From NCBI GenBank assembly GCA_964016885.1, contig OZ024741.1, forward strand, positions 24,180,001 to 24,244,000: 64,000 nt of DNA, in the 5' to 3' direction. This stretch comes from Eledone cirrhosa (taxonomy: Eukaryota). A model generated the notes under the pieces. That model searched no databases. It was not told where the DNA came from and worked only from the letters and a program-made list of their open reading frames with translations. Positions within the stretch are counted from its first letter, which is position 1, and each line of letters opens with the position of its first letter. The position numbers and the translations under genes were made by a program. Below, in pieces: positions 34,335 to 47,000 of the stretch.

Positions 34335-35093
34335 ATGGTGACAAGACTACGAACAAGCGAAGCTATCAGGGCATTTACCAGGGAAGGTGATGTCGCTTGG
34401 CTGCGAAAAGTCCGGCTGGTCGCAAGCTTGCAGAAGATAGAAGATGTGGCTGGCCTCATGGCACTGTACCTCGAAGGGGACACGTTGGTACTCTTCCTTG
34501 AGTTTGACGAACACAGCCAAAGAGATGCGCAAAAGATTGAGAGAAGCATGATAGAAGCATTCGCAGAAGGACCGTTAGCCGCTTTCGCTAAGCTGGCAAG
34601 AATTAGATGAAACGGTAAACGTGTTGACATTTTCGCAGCGGAAATACGGCGATTGGCTATGTTGGCTGGATATCAGGTGGAATGCGAACGCACGGTGCGG
34701 TTGGCGTTCATAAATGGATTTCCAGACGACATAGCGGTGAAACTGCAGCAAGTCCCGGGTTACAAAGAAATGGAAATGCGTTCACTGGTGGAACAAGCCC
34801 GGATCATAGCAGAAGATGCCAAAAAGAGTGTTGCGACGATAGCAACTACAGAGGCTCAAGACAGCTGGCAGCGAAATGGTGAAAGGGAGGCAACCACGGC
34901 ACGCGGTCGCCCGCGAACGTTTAGCGGTCGCTGTTTTCGGTGCCAGGGCCCGCACATACCTAGAGACTGCAGAGAGTCAAGGCCAGAAATAATATGCTAC
35001 CGGTGTAAGCGACCAGGCCACATCGCTACTAACTGCGACCAGGGAAATGATCCAAGGGAAACTACTGTGCCAGTAGTTGCCCCTTACGAGTAG
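34335..35093 (+). pseudogene. gag: gag with in-frame TGA at 34608-34610; two zinc knuckles (CFRCQGPHIPRDC, CYRCKRPGHIATNC)
   Basis: ORFs 34335..34610 and 34653..35093 share one frame and are separated by a single stop. Confidence 0.9.
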
Positions 35094-37899
35094 AGGCGCT
35101 GGCCGTGGTGGAAGTCTTTGTGAGGGGAAAGCCACAGCGAGCCCTCGTGGACACGGGCTGTATGACGACACTGGTGACCGTGGGGGTGGCACAGAGGTGG
35201 AGAGGGAAGAGCAGCGTAAGGGCAGTCGACGGCAGGAAAATTGAATGCCGAGGTCGCAGCGAGATGGAAATAGCGGTACGGGGAAGGAAAATAAGGCTTT
35301 CTGCCATCATAGTAGACAGCGTGGTGGATGGGATCGGCGTGGTTATGGGCATGGACGCAATTGGCCGTCTAGGAGGCGTCACAGTGAACAACGTTGGTGT
35401 GTCGTTTGGCGCCGCTGCATCGGTATGCGCTGTGAGTGCGCAACAGGAGAACCAGAAGGCCCACGAGGAGAAATACCCCGCTTACACTGTGCAGGACAAA
35501 GACTTCAAGGCCGTGTTCGATGGGCAGCGATGGGTTGTTGAGTGGTACTGGAAGGGAGAACCACCAACACTGAAGACCAAGGTGGGCTGCTATCAACACA
35601 CATTGAAGGCAAACATTAGGAGCGAGTTCGAGCGAGCGGTAGAGAGATGGATTGAGGAGGGCATACTGCTTCCCTGGAAAGAGGAGGTGAAGTGCGGAGT
35701 ATTGCCGTTAATGGTGGTGGTGCAACCCACGAAGAACAAGGTGAGGCTGGTGCTGGACTTTCGGGAGCTGAACGAGCACGTGTCATGCCACACGGGTGGC
35801 GAGGTCACGGATGTCTGTGGGGAAACCCTGCGTGAGTGGAGACGCATGACGGGGGGTTCAGCAATCGTAGATCTAAAGTTGGCATACTTCAATTGCATAT
35901 AGATGAGAAGCTCTGGCAGTATCAGCTGGTCAGGTATAAGGGCCGGACATATTGCCTGACCAGGCTCGGTTTCGGGCTGAGCTCCGCACCGAAGATCATG
36001 GCGGCGGTCCTCAAGACAATTCTGGGAAAGGCCGACAAGATGAAGGGGGCCACTAACTCCTATATTGACGACATCCTAGTGGACGAGTCTGTGGTGTCGG
36101 CGGCAGAGGTCACAAGCCATTTACAGGGGTATGGACTGACTGCGAAGCCGTCAGAAGCGTTGGAGGGAGGAGCCGCGCTGGGACTTAGGCTACGGCGAGA
36201 CAGGACGGGCGTCTTGGTATTCCAGAGGGGAAATGAAGTTCCAGAACTGGGCCCAAGTATGAGTAGGCGGGAGCTTTTCTCGGTGTGTGGAAAGTTGGTG
36301 GGTCACTACCCGATTGCTGGGTGGCTCCGGACGGCATGCAGCTATGTCAAGAGACGAGCGAGAGGAGTGACTTGGAGTGACAGAGTGGGAGAGAGAACGG
36401 TGGCCATGATGCAGGAGATCATGGGGAGGGTGAAGGCTGACGACCCAGTGCGGGGACACTGGTATGTTCCCAAATCACAGAGCGGGACCGTATGGTGCGA
36501 TGCCAGCAGCATAGCGCTGGGTGTCACGTTGGAGATAGGAGGTGTTGAGGTCGAGGACGCAGCCTGGTTTAGGAAGAAGGACGACTGCAACCACATCAAT
36601 GTGGCCGAGTTGGACGCAGTGTTGAGAGGGGTGAACCTCACCCTGAGGTGGGGACTGCGCACCATCGAGATACGCACCGACTCGGCTACTGTACTCGGAT
36701 GGGTGAGATCAGTGCTCACCAGTGAGAAGAGAGTGCGAACGAGAGGGGCGGCGGAGATGCTGATAAAGCGCCGCCTGGGAACTTTAGGAGAGCTGGCCAC
36801 TGAGTTCGACCTGAGGCTGAGCATAGTTTTTGTGCCCTCAGAGAAAAATAGGGCGGACATCTTAACTAGGGTGAAGAAAGCCTGGATGGAAGCACCGGAG
36901 GAGGTAGAAGATGAGATAGCTGCCGTGTGTCGGCTGACCGAGTCGGATCTGAAAGGGTTGCATGACATGCACCATATGGGGGTGGATAGGAGCCTGTTCC
37001 TAGCCAGGAGAATCGACTCGGACGTTAACAGACACAGTGTTCAAAGGGTGGTTAGAGGCTGCGTCCGATGTCAGTCCATTGATCCCGCCCCAGGTGTACA
37101 CGAAACGGGAAGCCTCCCGGTGGATCGCGACTGGAAGCGATTGGTGGTGGATGTAACGCACTACCGACAGGGAACGTATCTCTCGATGGTCGACTGTGGA
37201 CCAGGACGGATGGCGATATGGAGGGAGATGAAGACTGGAATGGCCGAGGAAATCATGCGGATGTTGAGAGAGGTGTTCTTGGAGCGGGGCCCTGTGGACG
37301 AACTGCTGATGGACAACAGCGCAGCGTTCCGCTTGGAGGCACTGAGGGAGATGCTCGATGGATGGAAGGTGGACCGTTTCTTCAGAGCAGTGCACAGGCC
37401 GAGCAGGAATGGAATTGTGGAGCGACACCACCGGACGATCAAGGCAATGGCGGAGTGGGGCCATATCTCACCAATGGAGGCAGTGTTCTGGTACAACATG
37501 TCCCCTCGGGTGGGACAGGTCGAGGAATCGGTGCCACACAGAGCAGTATTCAGATACGAGTGGCGGCACCCGTGCACGCCACCACAACGGCCAGTGGGGA
37601 GAGAGAGTGCATTCGTGCAGGTGGGCGAAGAAGTCTGGGTTAAGCCCCCAGATGCACGTTGGACATCTCAATGGGGAAGGGGAACGGTGACGGCCGTAAA
37701 TTCCCAGAACAATGTGTCCGTGGACGGAGTACCACGTCATGTCCTGGATGTCCGTAGAATCACTGTGTCAACGGACTCCGAGGAAGAGGAAACCCAAAGT
37801 GCTGCCCCAACACTGCGGAGATCGCAAAGAAGTCGTAAACCACCAACCTGGACAGCAGACTTTCATATGCAGAAGGACGAGGGGGAAATTGATCCTTGA
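35051..37899 (+). pseudogene. pol: pol (protease ALVDTGC, RT LDFRELN/YIDD, RNase H CDAS-AEL-TDS-NRAD, integrase HH-CC and D,D,E) with a 1-bp frameshift near 35888
   Basis: The RT motif DLKLAY|LQLHID is split between ORFs 35105..35902 and 35836..37899; pol is in the -1 frame relative to gag. Confidence 0.93.
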
Positions 37900-37912
37900 G
37901 ATCAGGGGGGCG
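37898..37912 (+). other. Polypurine tract GAGATCAGGGGGGCG
   Basis: Purine/G-run immediately before the TG of the 3' LTR. Confidence 0.8.
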
Positions 37913-38164
37913 TGTGGGTATGGTGTGGCGTGCAGTGGCCGGAAGCGGGGGAGTGCTCGACCGGAAGGGTGCTTGGCCGGAAGGATGCTCGACCAGAAGG
38001 GCCAGCAGATGGCCCTCTCTAGTGGTGACCAGCAATGGTGTGAACGCGAGTTTTGGCAGCTCCCGGTGTTCAGCAGCTGGACGCACGTGGAAGAGGAGAG
38101 ACCAGCAGTGGAATTTAGCGGCGCCTATGAAAAGCGGTAAGTGAGATAGCTTTTTCTAACTACA
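37913..38164 (+). repeat. 3' LTR (252 bp)
   Basis: TGTGGG...AACTACA; has one more 16-bp internal repeat than the 5' LTR. Confidence 0.95.
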
Positions 38165-38686
38165 TTTCTGTCCAGGAATATTTACAGTGAAGTTTGATGT
38201 CCGTATTTCTGTCCAGGAATATTTACAGTGAAGTTTGATGTCTGTATTTCTGTCCAGGAATATTACAGTGAAGTTTGATGTCTGTATTTCTGTCCAGGAA
38301 TATTACAGTGTAGTTTGATGTCTGTATTTCTGTCCAGGAACATTTACAGTGAAGTTTGATGTCTGTATTTCTGTCCAGGAATATTACAGTGTAGTTTGAT
38401 GTCTGTATTTCTGTCCAGGAACATTTACAGTGAAGTTTGATGTCTGTATTTCTGTCCAGGAATATTACAGTGAAGTTTGCTGTCTGTATTTCTGTCCAGG
38501 AATATTACAGTGAAGTTTGATGTCTGTATTTCTGTCCAGGAATATTACAGTGAAGTTTGATGTCTGTATTTCTGTCCAGGAATATTTACAGTGTAGTTTG
38601 ATGTCTGCATTTCTGTCCAGGAATATTACAGTGTAGTTTGATGTCTGTATTTCTGTCCAGGAACATTTACAGTGAAGTTTGATGTC
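38165..38686. repeat. 40/41-bp minisatellite, right part
   Basis: Resumes in register after the TSD. Confidence 0.97.
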
Positions 38687-39024
38687 CAAGAGATGGCAAT
38701 CTTCACTTCTATAAAGTTTGGTAAAAATGCAGCTTATTTTTTTCTTTTAATGTAATGATTAAGTGAATATGAAGGGACAGTGCCCATGACATTTGTAGGC
38801 CATTAATGACTGGTCCGATCGATACAGTTGATGTTCAGTTTGAATATCTGTAGGTCAGTGTATAGACAGGGAGACAAATTTTAGAGGTTTGTCGTTGCTG
38901 GAGTGGAAGAATTGGAAAAAAGTGGTTAGTGCGAAGTCTGGAGTGGGTTGATGAGTGGAGGAGAGAATAACATGTTGAGGAGTGGCTGGTATGTAACTAT
39001 CTCAGAGGTGCAGAAGCTGTAGTA

Positions 39025-39222
39025 GTAATAATAGTTTCTACTTTTGGCACAAGGCCAGCAATTATCCCAGTGCATTACTGGTACTTTATTTTATGGACCT
39101 TATAAGGATGAAAGGCAAAGTTAACCTCAACGGGATTTAAACTCGGAATGTAAAGGGCCATAACTCTATACTGAAAACCATGGTGTCTGACGCTCTACCG
39201 ATACCGCCAATCCACTGCCCTA
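39025..39222 (-). mobile_element. Family A SINE, near full length
   Basis: tttctacttttggcacaaggccagcaatt...ggcaaagttaacctc...ctctaccgataccgccaatccactgccc. Confidence 0.85.
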
Positions 39223-40258
39223 TGTAGTAGTAGTAGTAATAATGATTAAGGGAGATTTTGTTACTATTTCTAGCAAGTTGAGTGACCATATAGAGGCTCC
39301 TTATTGAGTTGTATTATCCAACCTTTTGCATTTGTGTGTTACGTGGAATTTTATGGATTCTTTTGGTTGCTAACTTTTACGAGAAGACAATGTCTGGCCT
39401 ATGTAGTAATATATTTCAGACACCTGTATAATATATTTCAGACACCTGGGACCTTTCAGATCTAGTATCTAAAGAAACAGTTGTGTAGGTAATCTTAATC
39501 CATTACTTCTGAGAGACTTTTACAGATCCATCTCCCCTAAATAACTGTATATACTGGGAAAGACTATCTTGTCTCTTGTCAAGCTTCTTGAATTATGTAT
39601 CTTAACACCAGAATTGAAATTATGATAAATTCATTATTCAACATAAAGACATAACTAAAGTATTGATAGTGAAGTAAGTTGATAGTTAATAGAAACAACT
39701 GGCTGGAAGATCAGTGGTTTAATGTTTTTTCACTAGAAAGACATTGAATTCATTGACAAAACATTTAAAACTCAATGGCCTTGTCGACATAGTACCAAGT
39801 AGATACCAGAAGCTGGTATGTAGACTATCATAAACAACAGCTGCATTATAAAACTAACAAATAATCCATTGCTAATTTGTTTGGCAAGAAAACTCATCTA
39901 TCTCATAACAACTAATATGTAGTTACTACTGTTCCTCTTCTACCATTTTATCATTTTCTTTCCCTTCACACTCATATTCATATTCTCCCATAATCCCTTG
40001 GCTCTCATCCATTGCTCTCTCCATTACATCTTTCAATTGTTATCTAGCACAAGCTCTCACCATGACAGCCTCCGATTACTTCACCTCCTTCCAAACAGCA
40101 ACCAACATACAACATTGTCCCTTTCCCTCCAATACTACTATATCATTTGTGTGACTAGAGATTACAGGTGTGCAAGTGAGTTACAGTGTTCATTATGATG
40201 ATGATGTGATTTACCCTGATCACATAGGTAATGAAATAAAAACCAAATCACAACTTAA

Positions 40259-40441
40259 CCCTTTAAATATTCTCTCACCTCTTTCTGTTCAACCTGGTCA
40301 TAACTTGCCACTCATACTGATGCTAAGGTATTGTTGTCAAAATAAATAATATCAAAATCTCATAAATTCAATATTATGTAAGATAAAGCCTTTACCACAA
40401 AAATACAATAGTAAATATAGAGTAATGTAATTGCTAAAGGG
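40259..40441 (-). mobile_element. piggyBac-like MITE, family 2 (reverse)
   Basis: TTAA|CCCTTT ... GCTAAAGGG|TTAA; internal sequence is the reverse complement of the 16356 and 28268 copies. Confidence 0.8.
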
Positions 40442-41074
40442 TTAAATATATTTATTAATTTAATAACCTGTTATGAGGCTATTGCTGATAAAATAGGAAA
40501 ACAAGGCTGTGTTGTTGTGGTGTATGTGCACACGCAATAGTTTGAAAGATGATATTTACAGTTGTATATGGACTGACCTTTGCCAAAGTGTCGTTGGAAA
40601 TAAAGCCAGCTGGCCCTTGTCGATAGGGCAAACCAGAGTGTTTGGTTAACGCCTACATCTCCCTGCTTGCTGGAACAAACTCAGTGTGGTGTGTCTCCTT
40701 TGAGAGATGAAAGCAGTATGAGTATGATCAAGCTAGTTATCGCAAATAAACTGCAAATGATCCATAGCTGGATATTTCTCTTGACAAGCTGGCAACAGTT
40801 CCGAAACAAAGAAAAAAGGGACATCTATATAGTACAAGGTCAGCAAGTGGGGTCACACTCACCTACTTTGCTAACATCAGAAGAAGAGTTAACATTACTG
40901 CTCTAGCACTGTATTTTATTGTCCACAGAATGATGAAAGAAAAAGTTAACCTTGCTGAGATTTGAACCCAGAGTGTAAACACTTGTTACTAACCGCAGCA
41001 AAGACATTTTATCTCATCTAACAATTCTGCCATTTACTGATCTTGATGGAGAGCTTGATCTTTAGTTCTAGTTC

Positions 41075-44000
41075 AACTCTAACCAAGTACATATATAGTA
41101 AAAGACAGTGCCTCAGCCATGACCTAACCCTAATCCAGTACATATATAGTAAAAGACAGTGCCTCAGCCATGACCTAACCCTAATCCAGTACATATATAG
41201 TAAAAGACTGTGCTTCAGCTGTCACCTAACTCTAATCCAGTACATCTATAGTAAAAGACTGTGCTGCAGCCATGACCTAACCCTAATCCAGTACATATAT
41301 AGTAAAAGACTGTGCTTCAGCTGTCACCTAAACCTAATCCAGTACATCTATAGTAAAAGACTGTGCTTCAGCAATGACCTAACCATAATCCAGTACATCT
41401 ATAGTAAAAGACTGTGCTTCAGCAATGACCTAACCATAATCCAGTACATATATAGTAAAAGACTGTGCTTCAGCAATGACCTAACCATAATCCAGTACAT
41501 CTATAGTAAAAGACTGTGCTTCAGCAATGACCTAACCATAATCCAGTACATCTATAGTAAAAGACTGTGCTTCAGCCATGACCTAACCCTAATCCAGTAC
41601 ATATATAGTAAAAGACTGTGCTTCAGCAATGACCTAACCATAATCCAGTACATATATAGTAAAAGACTGTGCTGCAGCTGTCACCTAACTCTAATCCAGT
41701 ACATATATAGTAAAAGACTGTGCTTCAGCCATGACCTAACCATAATCCAGTACATATATAGTAAAAGACTGTGCTTCAGCTGTCACCTAACTCTAATCCA
41801 GTACATATATAGTAAAAGACTGTGCTTCAGCCATGACCTAACCCTAATCCAGTACATATATAGTAAAAGACTGTGCTTCAGCTGTCACCTAACACTAATC
41901 CAGTACATCTATAGTAAAAGACTGTGCTGCAGCCATGACCTAACCCTAATCCAGTACATATATAGTAAAAGACTGTGCTTCAGCTGTCACCTAAACCTAA
42001 TCCAGTACATCTATAGTAAAAGACTGTGCTTCAGCAATGACCTAACCATAATCCAGTACATCTATAGTAAAAGACTGTGCTTCAGCAATGACCTAACCAT
42101 AATCCAGTACATATATAGTAAAAGACTGTGCTGCAGCTGTCACCTAACTCTAATCCAGTACATATATAGTAAAAGACTGTGCTTCAGCCATGACCTAACC
42201 CTAATCCAGTACATATATAGTAAAAGACTGTGCTTCAGCTGTCACCTAACTCTAATCCAGTACATATATAGTAAAAGACTGTGCTTCAGCCATGACCTAA
42301 CCCTAATCCAGTACATATATAGTAAAAGACTGTGCTTCAGCTGTCACCTAACTCTAATCCAGTACATATATAGTAAAAGACTGTGCTTCAGCCATGACCT
42401 AACCCTAATCCAGTACATATATAGTAAAAGACTGTGCTGCAGCTGTCACCTAACTCTAATCCAGTACATATATAGTAAAAGACTGTGCTTCAGCCATGAC
42501 CTAACCATAATCCAGTACATATATAGTAAAAGACTGTGCTTCAGCTGTCACCTAACTCTAATCCAGTACATATATAGTAAAAGACTGTGCTGCAGCCATG
42601 ACCTAACCCTAATCCAGTACATATATAGTAAAAGACTGTGCTTCAGCTGTCACCTAACTCTAATCCAGTACATATATAGTAAAAGACTGTGCTTCAGCCA
42701 TGACCTAACCCTAATCCAGTACATATATAGTAAAAGACTGTGCTTCAGCTGTCACCTAACTCTAATCCAGTACATATATAGTAAAAGACTGTGCTTCAGC
42801 CATGACCTAACCCTAATCCAGTAAATATATAGTAAAAGACTGTGCTTCAGCTGTCACCTAACTCTAATCCAGTACATATATAGTAAAAGACTGTGCTTCA
42901 GCTGTCACCTAACCCTAATCCAGTACATATATAGTAAAAGACTGTGCTTCAGCTGTCACCTAACTCTAATCCAGTACATATATAGTAAAAGACTGTGCTT
43001 CAGCCATGACCTAACCATAATCCAGTACATATATAGTAAAAGACTGTGCTTCAGCTGTCACCTAACTCTAATCCAGTACATATATAGTAAAAGACTGTGC
43101 TTCAGCCATGACCTAACCATAATCCAGTACATATATAGTAAAAGACTGTGCTTCAGCTGTCACCTAACTCTAATCCAGTACATATATAGTAAAAGACTGT
43201 GCTGCAGCCATGACCTAACCCTAATCCAGTACATATATAGTAAAAGACTGTGCTTCAGCTGTCACCTAACTCTAATCCAGTACATATATAGTAAAAGACT
43301 GTGCTTCAGCTGTCACCTAACTCTAATCCAGTACATATATAGTAAAAGACTGTGCTTCAGCTGTCACCTAACTCTAATCCAGTACATCTATAGTAAAAGA
43401 CTGTGCTTCAGCCATGACCTAACCCTAATCCAGTACATATATAGTAAAAGACTGTGCTTCAGCTGTCACCTAACTCTAATCCAGTACATATATAGTAAAA
43501 GACTGTGCTTCAGCTGTCACCTAACCCTAATCCAGTACATATATAGTAAAAGACTGTGCTTCAGCTGTGACCTAACCCTAATCCAGTACATATATAGTAA
43601 AAGACTGTGCTTCAGCTGTGACCTAACCCTAATCCAGTACATATATAGTAAAAGACTGTGCTTCAGCTGTGACCTAACCCTAATCCAGTACATATATAGT
43701 AAAAGACTGTGCTGCAGCCATGACCTAACCCTAATCCAGTACATATATAGTAAAAGACTGTGCTTCAGCTGTCACCTAACTCTAATCCAGTACATATATA
43801 GTAAAAGACTGTGCTTCAGCTGTGACCTAACCCTAATCCAGTACATATATAGTAAAAGACTGTGCTGCAGCCATGACCTAACCCTAATCCAGTACATATA
43901 TAGTAAAAGACTGTGCTTCAGCTGTCACCTAACTCTAATCCAGTACATATATAGTAAAAGACTGTGCTTCAGCTGTGACCTAACCCTAATCCAGTACATA

Positions 44001-47000
44001 TATAGTAAAAGACTGTGCTTCAGCTGTCACCTAAACCTAATCTAGTACATATATAGTAAAAGACTGTGCTTCAGCCATGACCTAACCCTAATCCAGTACA
44101 TATATAGTAAAAGACTGTGCTTCAGCTGTCACCTAACTCTAATCCAGTACATATATAGTAAAAGACTGTGCTTCAGCCATGACCTAACCATAATCCAGTA
44201 CATATATAGTAAAAGACTGTGCTTCAGCTGTCACCTAACTCTAATCCAGTACATATATAGTAAAAGACTGTGCTGCAGCCATGACCTAACCCTAATCCAG
44301 TACATATATAGTAAAAGACTGTGCTTCAGCTGTCACCTAACTCTAATCCAGTACATATATAGTAAAAGACTGTGCTTCAGCCATGACCTAACCCTAATCC
44401 AGTACATATATAGTAAAAGACTGTGCTTCAGCTGTCACCTAACTCTAATCCAGTACATATATAGTAAAAGACTGTGCTTCAGCCATGACCTAACCCTAAT
44501 CCAGTAAATATATAGTAAAAGACTGTGCTTCAGCTGTCACCTAACTCTAATCCAGTACATATATAGTAAAAGACTGTGCTTCAGCTGTCACCTAACCCTA
44601 ATCCAGTACATATATAGTAAAAGACTGTGCTTCAGCTGTCACCTAACTCTAATCCAGTACATATATAGTAAAAGACTGTGCTTCAGCCATGACCTAACCA
44701 TAATCCAGTACATATATAGTAAAAGACTGTGCTTCAGCTGTCACCTAACTCTAATCCAGTACATATATAGTAAAAGACTGTGCTTCAGCCATGACCTAAC
44801 CATAATCCAGTACATATATAGTAAAAGACTGTGCTTCAGCTGTCACCTAACTCTAATCCAGTACATATATAGTAAAAGACTGTGCTGCAGCCATGACCTA
44901 ACCCTAATCCAGTACATATATAGTAAAAGACTGTGCTTCAGCTGTCACCTAACTCTAATCCAGTACATATATAGTAAAAGACTGTGCTTCAGCTGTCACC
45001 TAACTCTAATCCAGTACATATATAGTAAAAGACTGTGCTTCAGCTGTCACCTAACTCTAATCCAGTACATCTATAGTAAAAGACTGTGCTTCAGCCATGA
45101 CCTAACCCTAATCCAGTACATATATAGTAAAAGACTGTGCTTCAGCTGTCACCTAACTCTAATCCAGTACATATATAGTAAAAGACTGTGCTTCAGCTGT
45201 CACCTAACCCTAATCCAGTACATATATAGTAAAAGACTGTGCTTCAGCTGTGACCTAACCCTAATCCAGTACATATATAGTAAAAGACTGTGCTTCAGCT
45301 GTGACCTAACCCTAATCCAGTACATATATAGTAAAAGACTGTGCTTCAGCTGTGACCTAACCCTAATCCAGTACATATATAGTAAAAGACTGTGCTGCAG
45401 CCATGACCTAACCCTAATCCAGTACATATATAGTAAAAGACTGTGCTTCAGCTGTCACCTAACTCTAATCCAGTACATATATAGTAAAAGACTGTGCTTC
45501 AGCTGTGACCTAACCCTAATCCAGTACATATATAGTAAAAGACTGTGCTGCAGCCATGACCTAACCCTAATCCAGTACATATATAGTAAAAGACTGTGCT
45601 TCAGCTGTCACCTAACTCTAATCCAGTACATATATAGTAAAAGACTGTGCTTCAGCTGTGACCTAACCCTAATCCAGTACATATATAGTAAAAGACTGTG
45701 CTTCAGCTGTCACCTAAACCTAATCTAGTACATATATAGTAAAAGACTGTGCTTCAGCCATGACCTAACCCTAATCCAGTACATATATAGTAAAAGACTG
45801 TGCTTCAGCTGTCACCTAACTCTAATCCAGTACATATATAGTAAAAGACTGTGCTGCAGCCATGACCTAACCCTAATCCAGTACATATATAGTAAAAGAC
45901 CGTGCTTCAGCTGTGACCTAACTCTAATCCAGTACATATATAGTAAAAGACTGTGCTGCAGCCATGACCTAACCCTAATCCAGTACATATATAGTAAAAG
46001 ACTGTGCTTCAGCTGTCACCTAACCCTAATCCAGTACATATATAGTAAAAGACTGTGCTTCAGCCATAACCTAACCCTAATCCAGTACATATATAGTAAA
46101 AGACTGTGCTTCAGCTGTCACCTAACCCTAATCCAGTAAATATATAGTAAAAGACTTTGCTTCAGCTGTCACCTAACCCTAATCCAGTACATATATAGTA
46201 AAAGACTGTGCTTCAGCTGTCACATAACCCTAATCCAGTACATATATAGTAAAAGACTGTGCTTCAGCTGTCACCTAACTCTAATCCAGTACATATATAG
46301 TAAAAGACTGTGCTTCAGCTGTCACCTAACTCTAATCCAGTACATATATAGTAAAAGACTGTGCTTCAGCTGTCACCTAACCCTAATCCAGTACATATAT
46401 AGTAAAAGACTGTGCTTCAGCCATGACCTAACCCTAATCCAGTACATATATAGTAAAAGACAGTGCCTCAGCTGTCACCTAACCCTAATCCAGTACATAT
46501 ATAGTAAAAGACTGTGCTTCAGCTGTCACCTAACCCTAATCCAGTACATATATAGTAAAAGACTGTGCTTCAGCCATGACCTAACTCTAATCCAGTACAT
46601 ATATAGTAAAAGACTGTGCTTCAGCTGTCACCTAACTCTAATCCAGTACATATATAGTAAAAGACCGTGCCTCAGCCATGACCTAACTCTAATCCAGTAC
46701 ATATATAGTAAAAGACTGTGCTTCAGCTGTCACCTAACTGTAATCCAGTACATATATAGTAAAAGACTGTGCTTCAGCTGTCACCTAAACCTAATCCAGT
46801 ACATATATAGTAAAAGACTGTGCTTCAGCCATGACCTAACCCTAATCCAGTACATATATAGTAAAAGACTGTGCTTCAGCCATGACCTAACCCTAATCCA
46901 GTACATATATAGTAAAAGACTGTGCTTCAGCTGTCACCTAAACCTAATCTAGTACATATATAGTAAAAGACTGTGCTTCAGCCATGACCTAACCCTAATC

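Larger units (their letters stand above)
33982..38164 (+). mobile_element. Full-length compact LTR retrotransposon (Gypsy-type domain order PR-RT-RH-IN), inactivated
   Basis: TG...CA LTRs at both ends, TTTCT TSD at 33977-33981 and 38165-38169, gag with two CCHC knuckles, pol motifs DTG, YIDD, RNase H and integrase. Confidence 0.96.

Noticed and set aside
35056-35062. Second GGGAAAC as the gag-pol slippery site
   Set aside because: It is not in the X XXY YYZ register of the gag frame.
34328-38144. Antisense and alternate-frame ORFs within the LTR element
   Set aside because: Expected shadows of GC-rich coding sequence; no env-like or other motifs seen.
40775-40815. Second hammerhead-like string (TTGACAAGCTGGCAACAGTTCCGAAAC)
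   Set aside because: No GUC/NUH triplet or stem I pairing in the right place.
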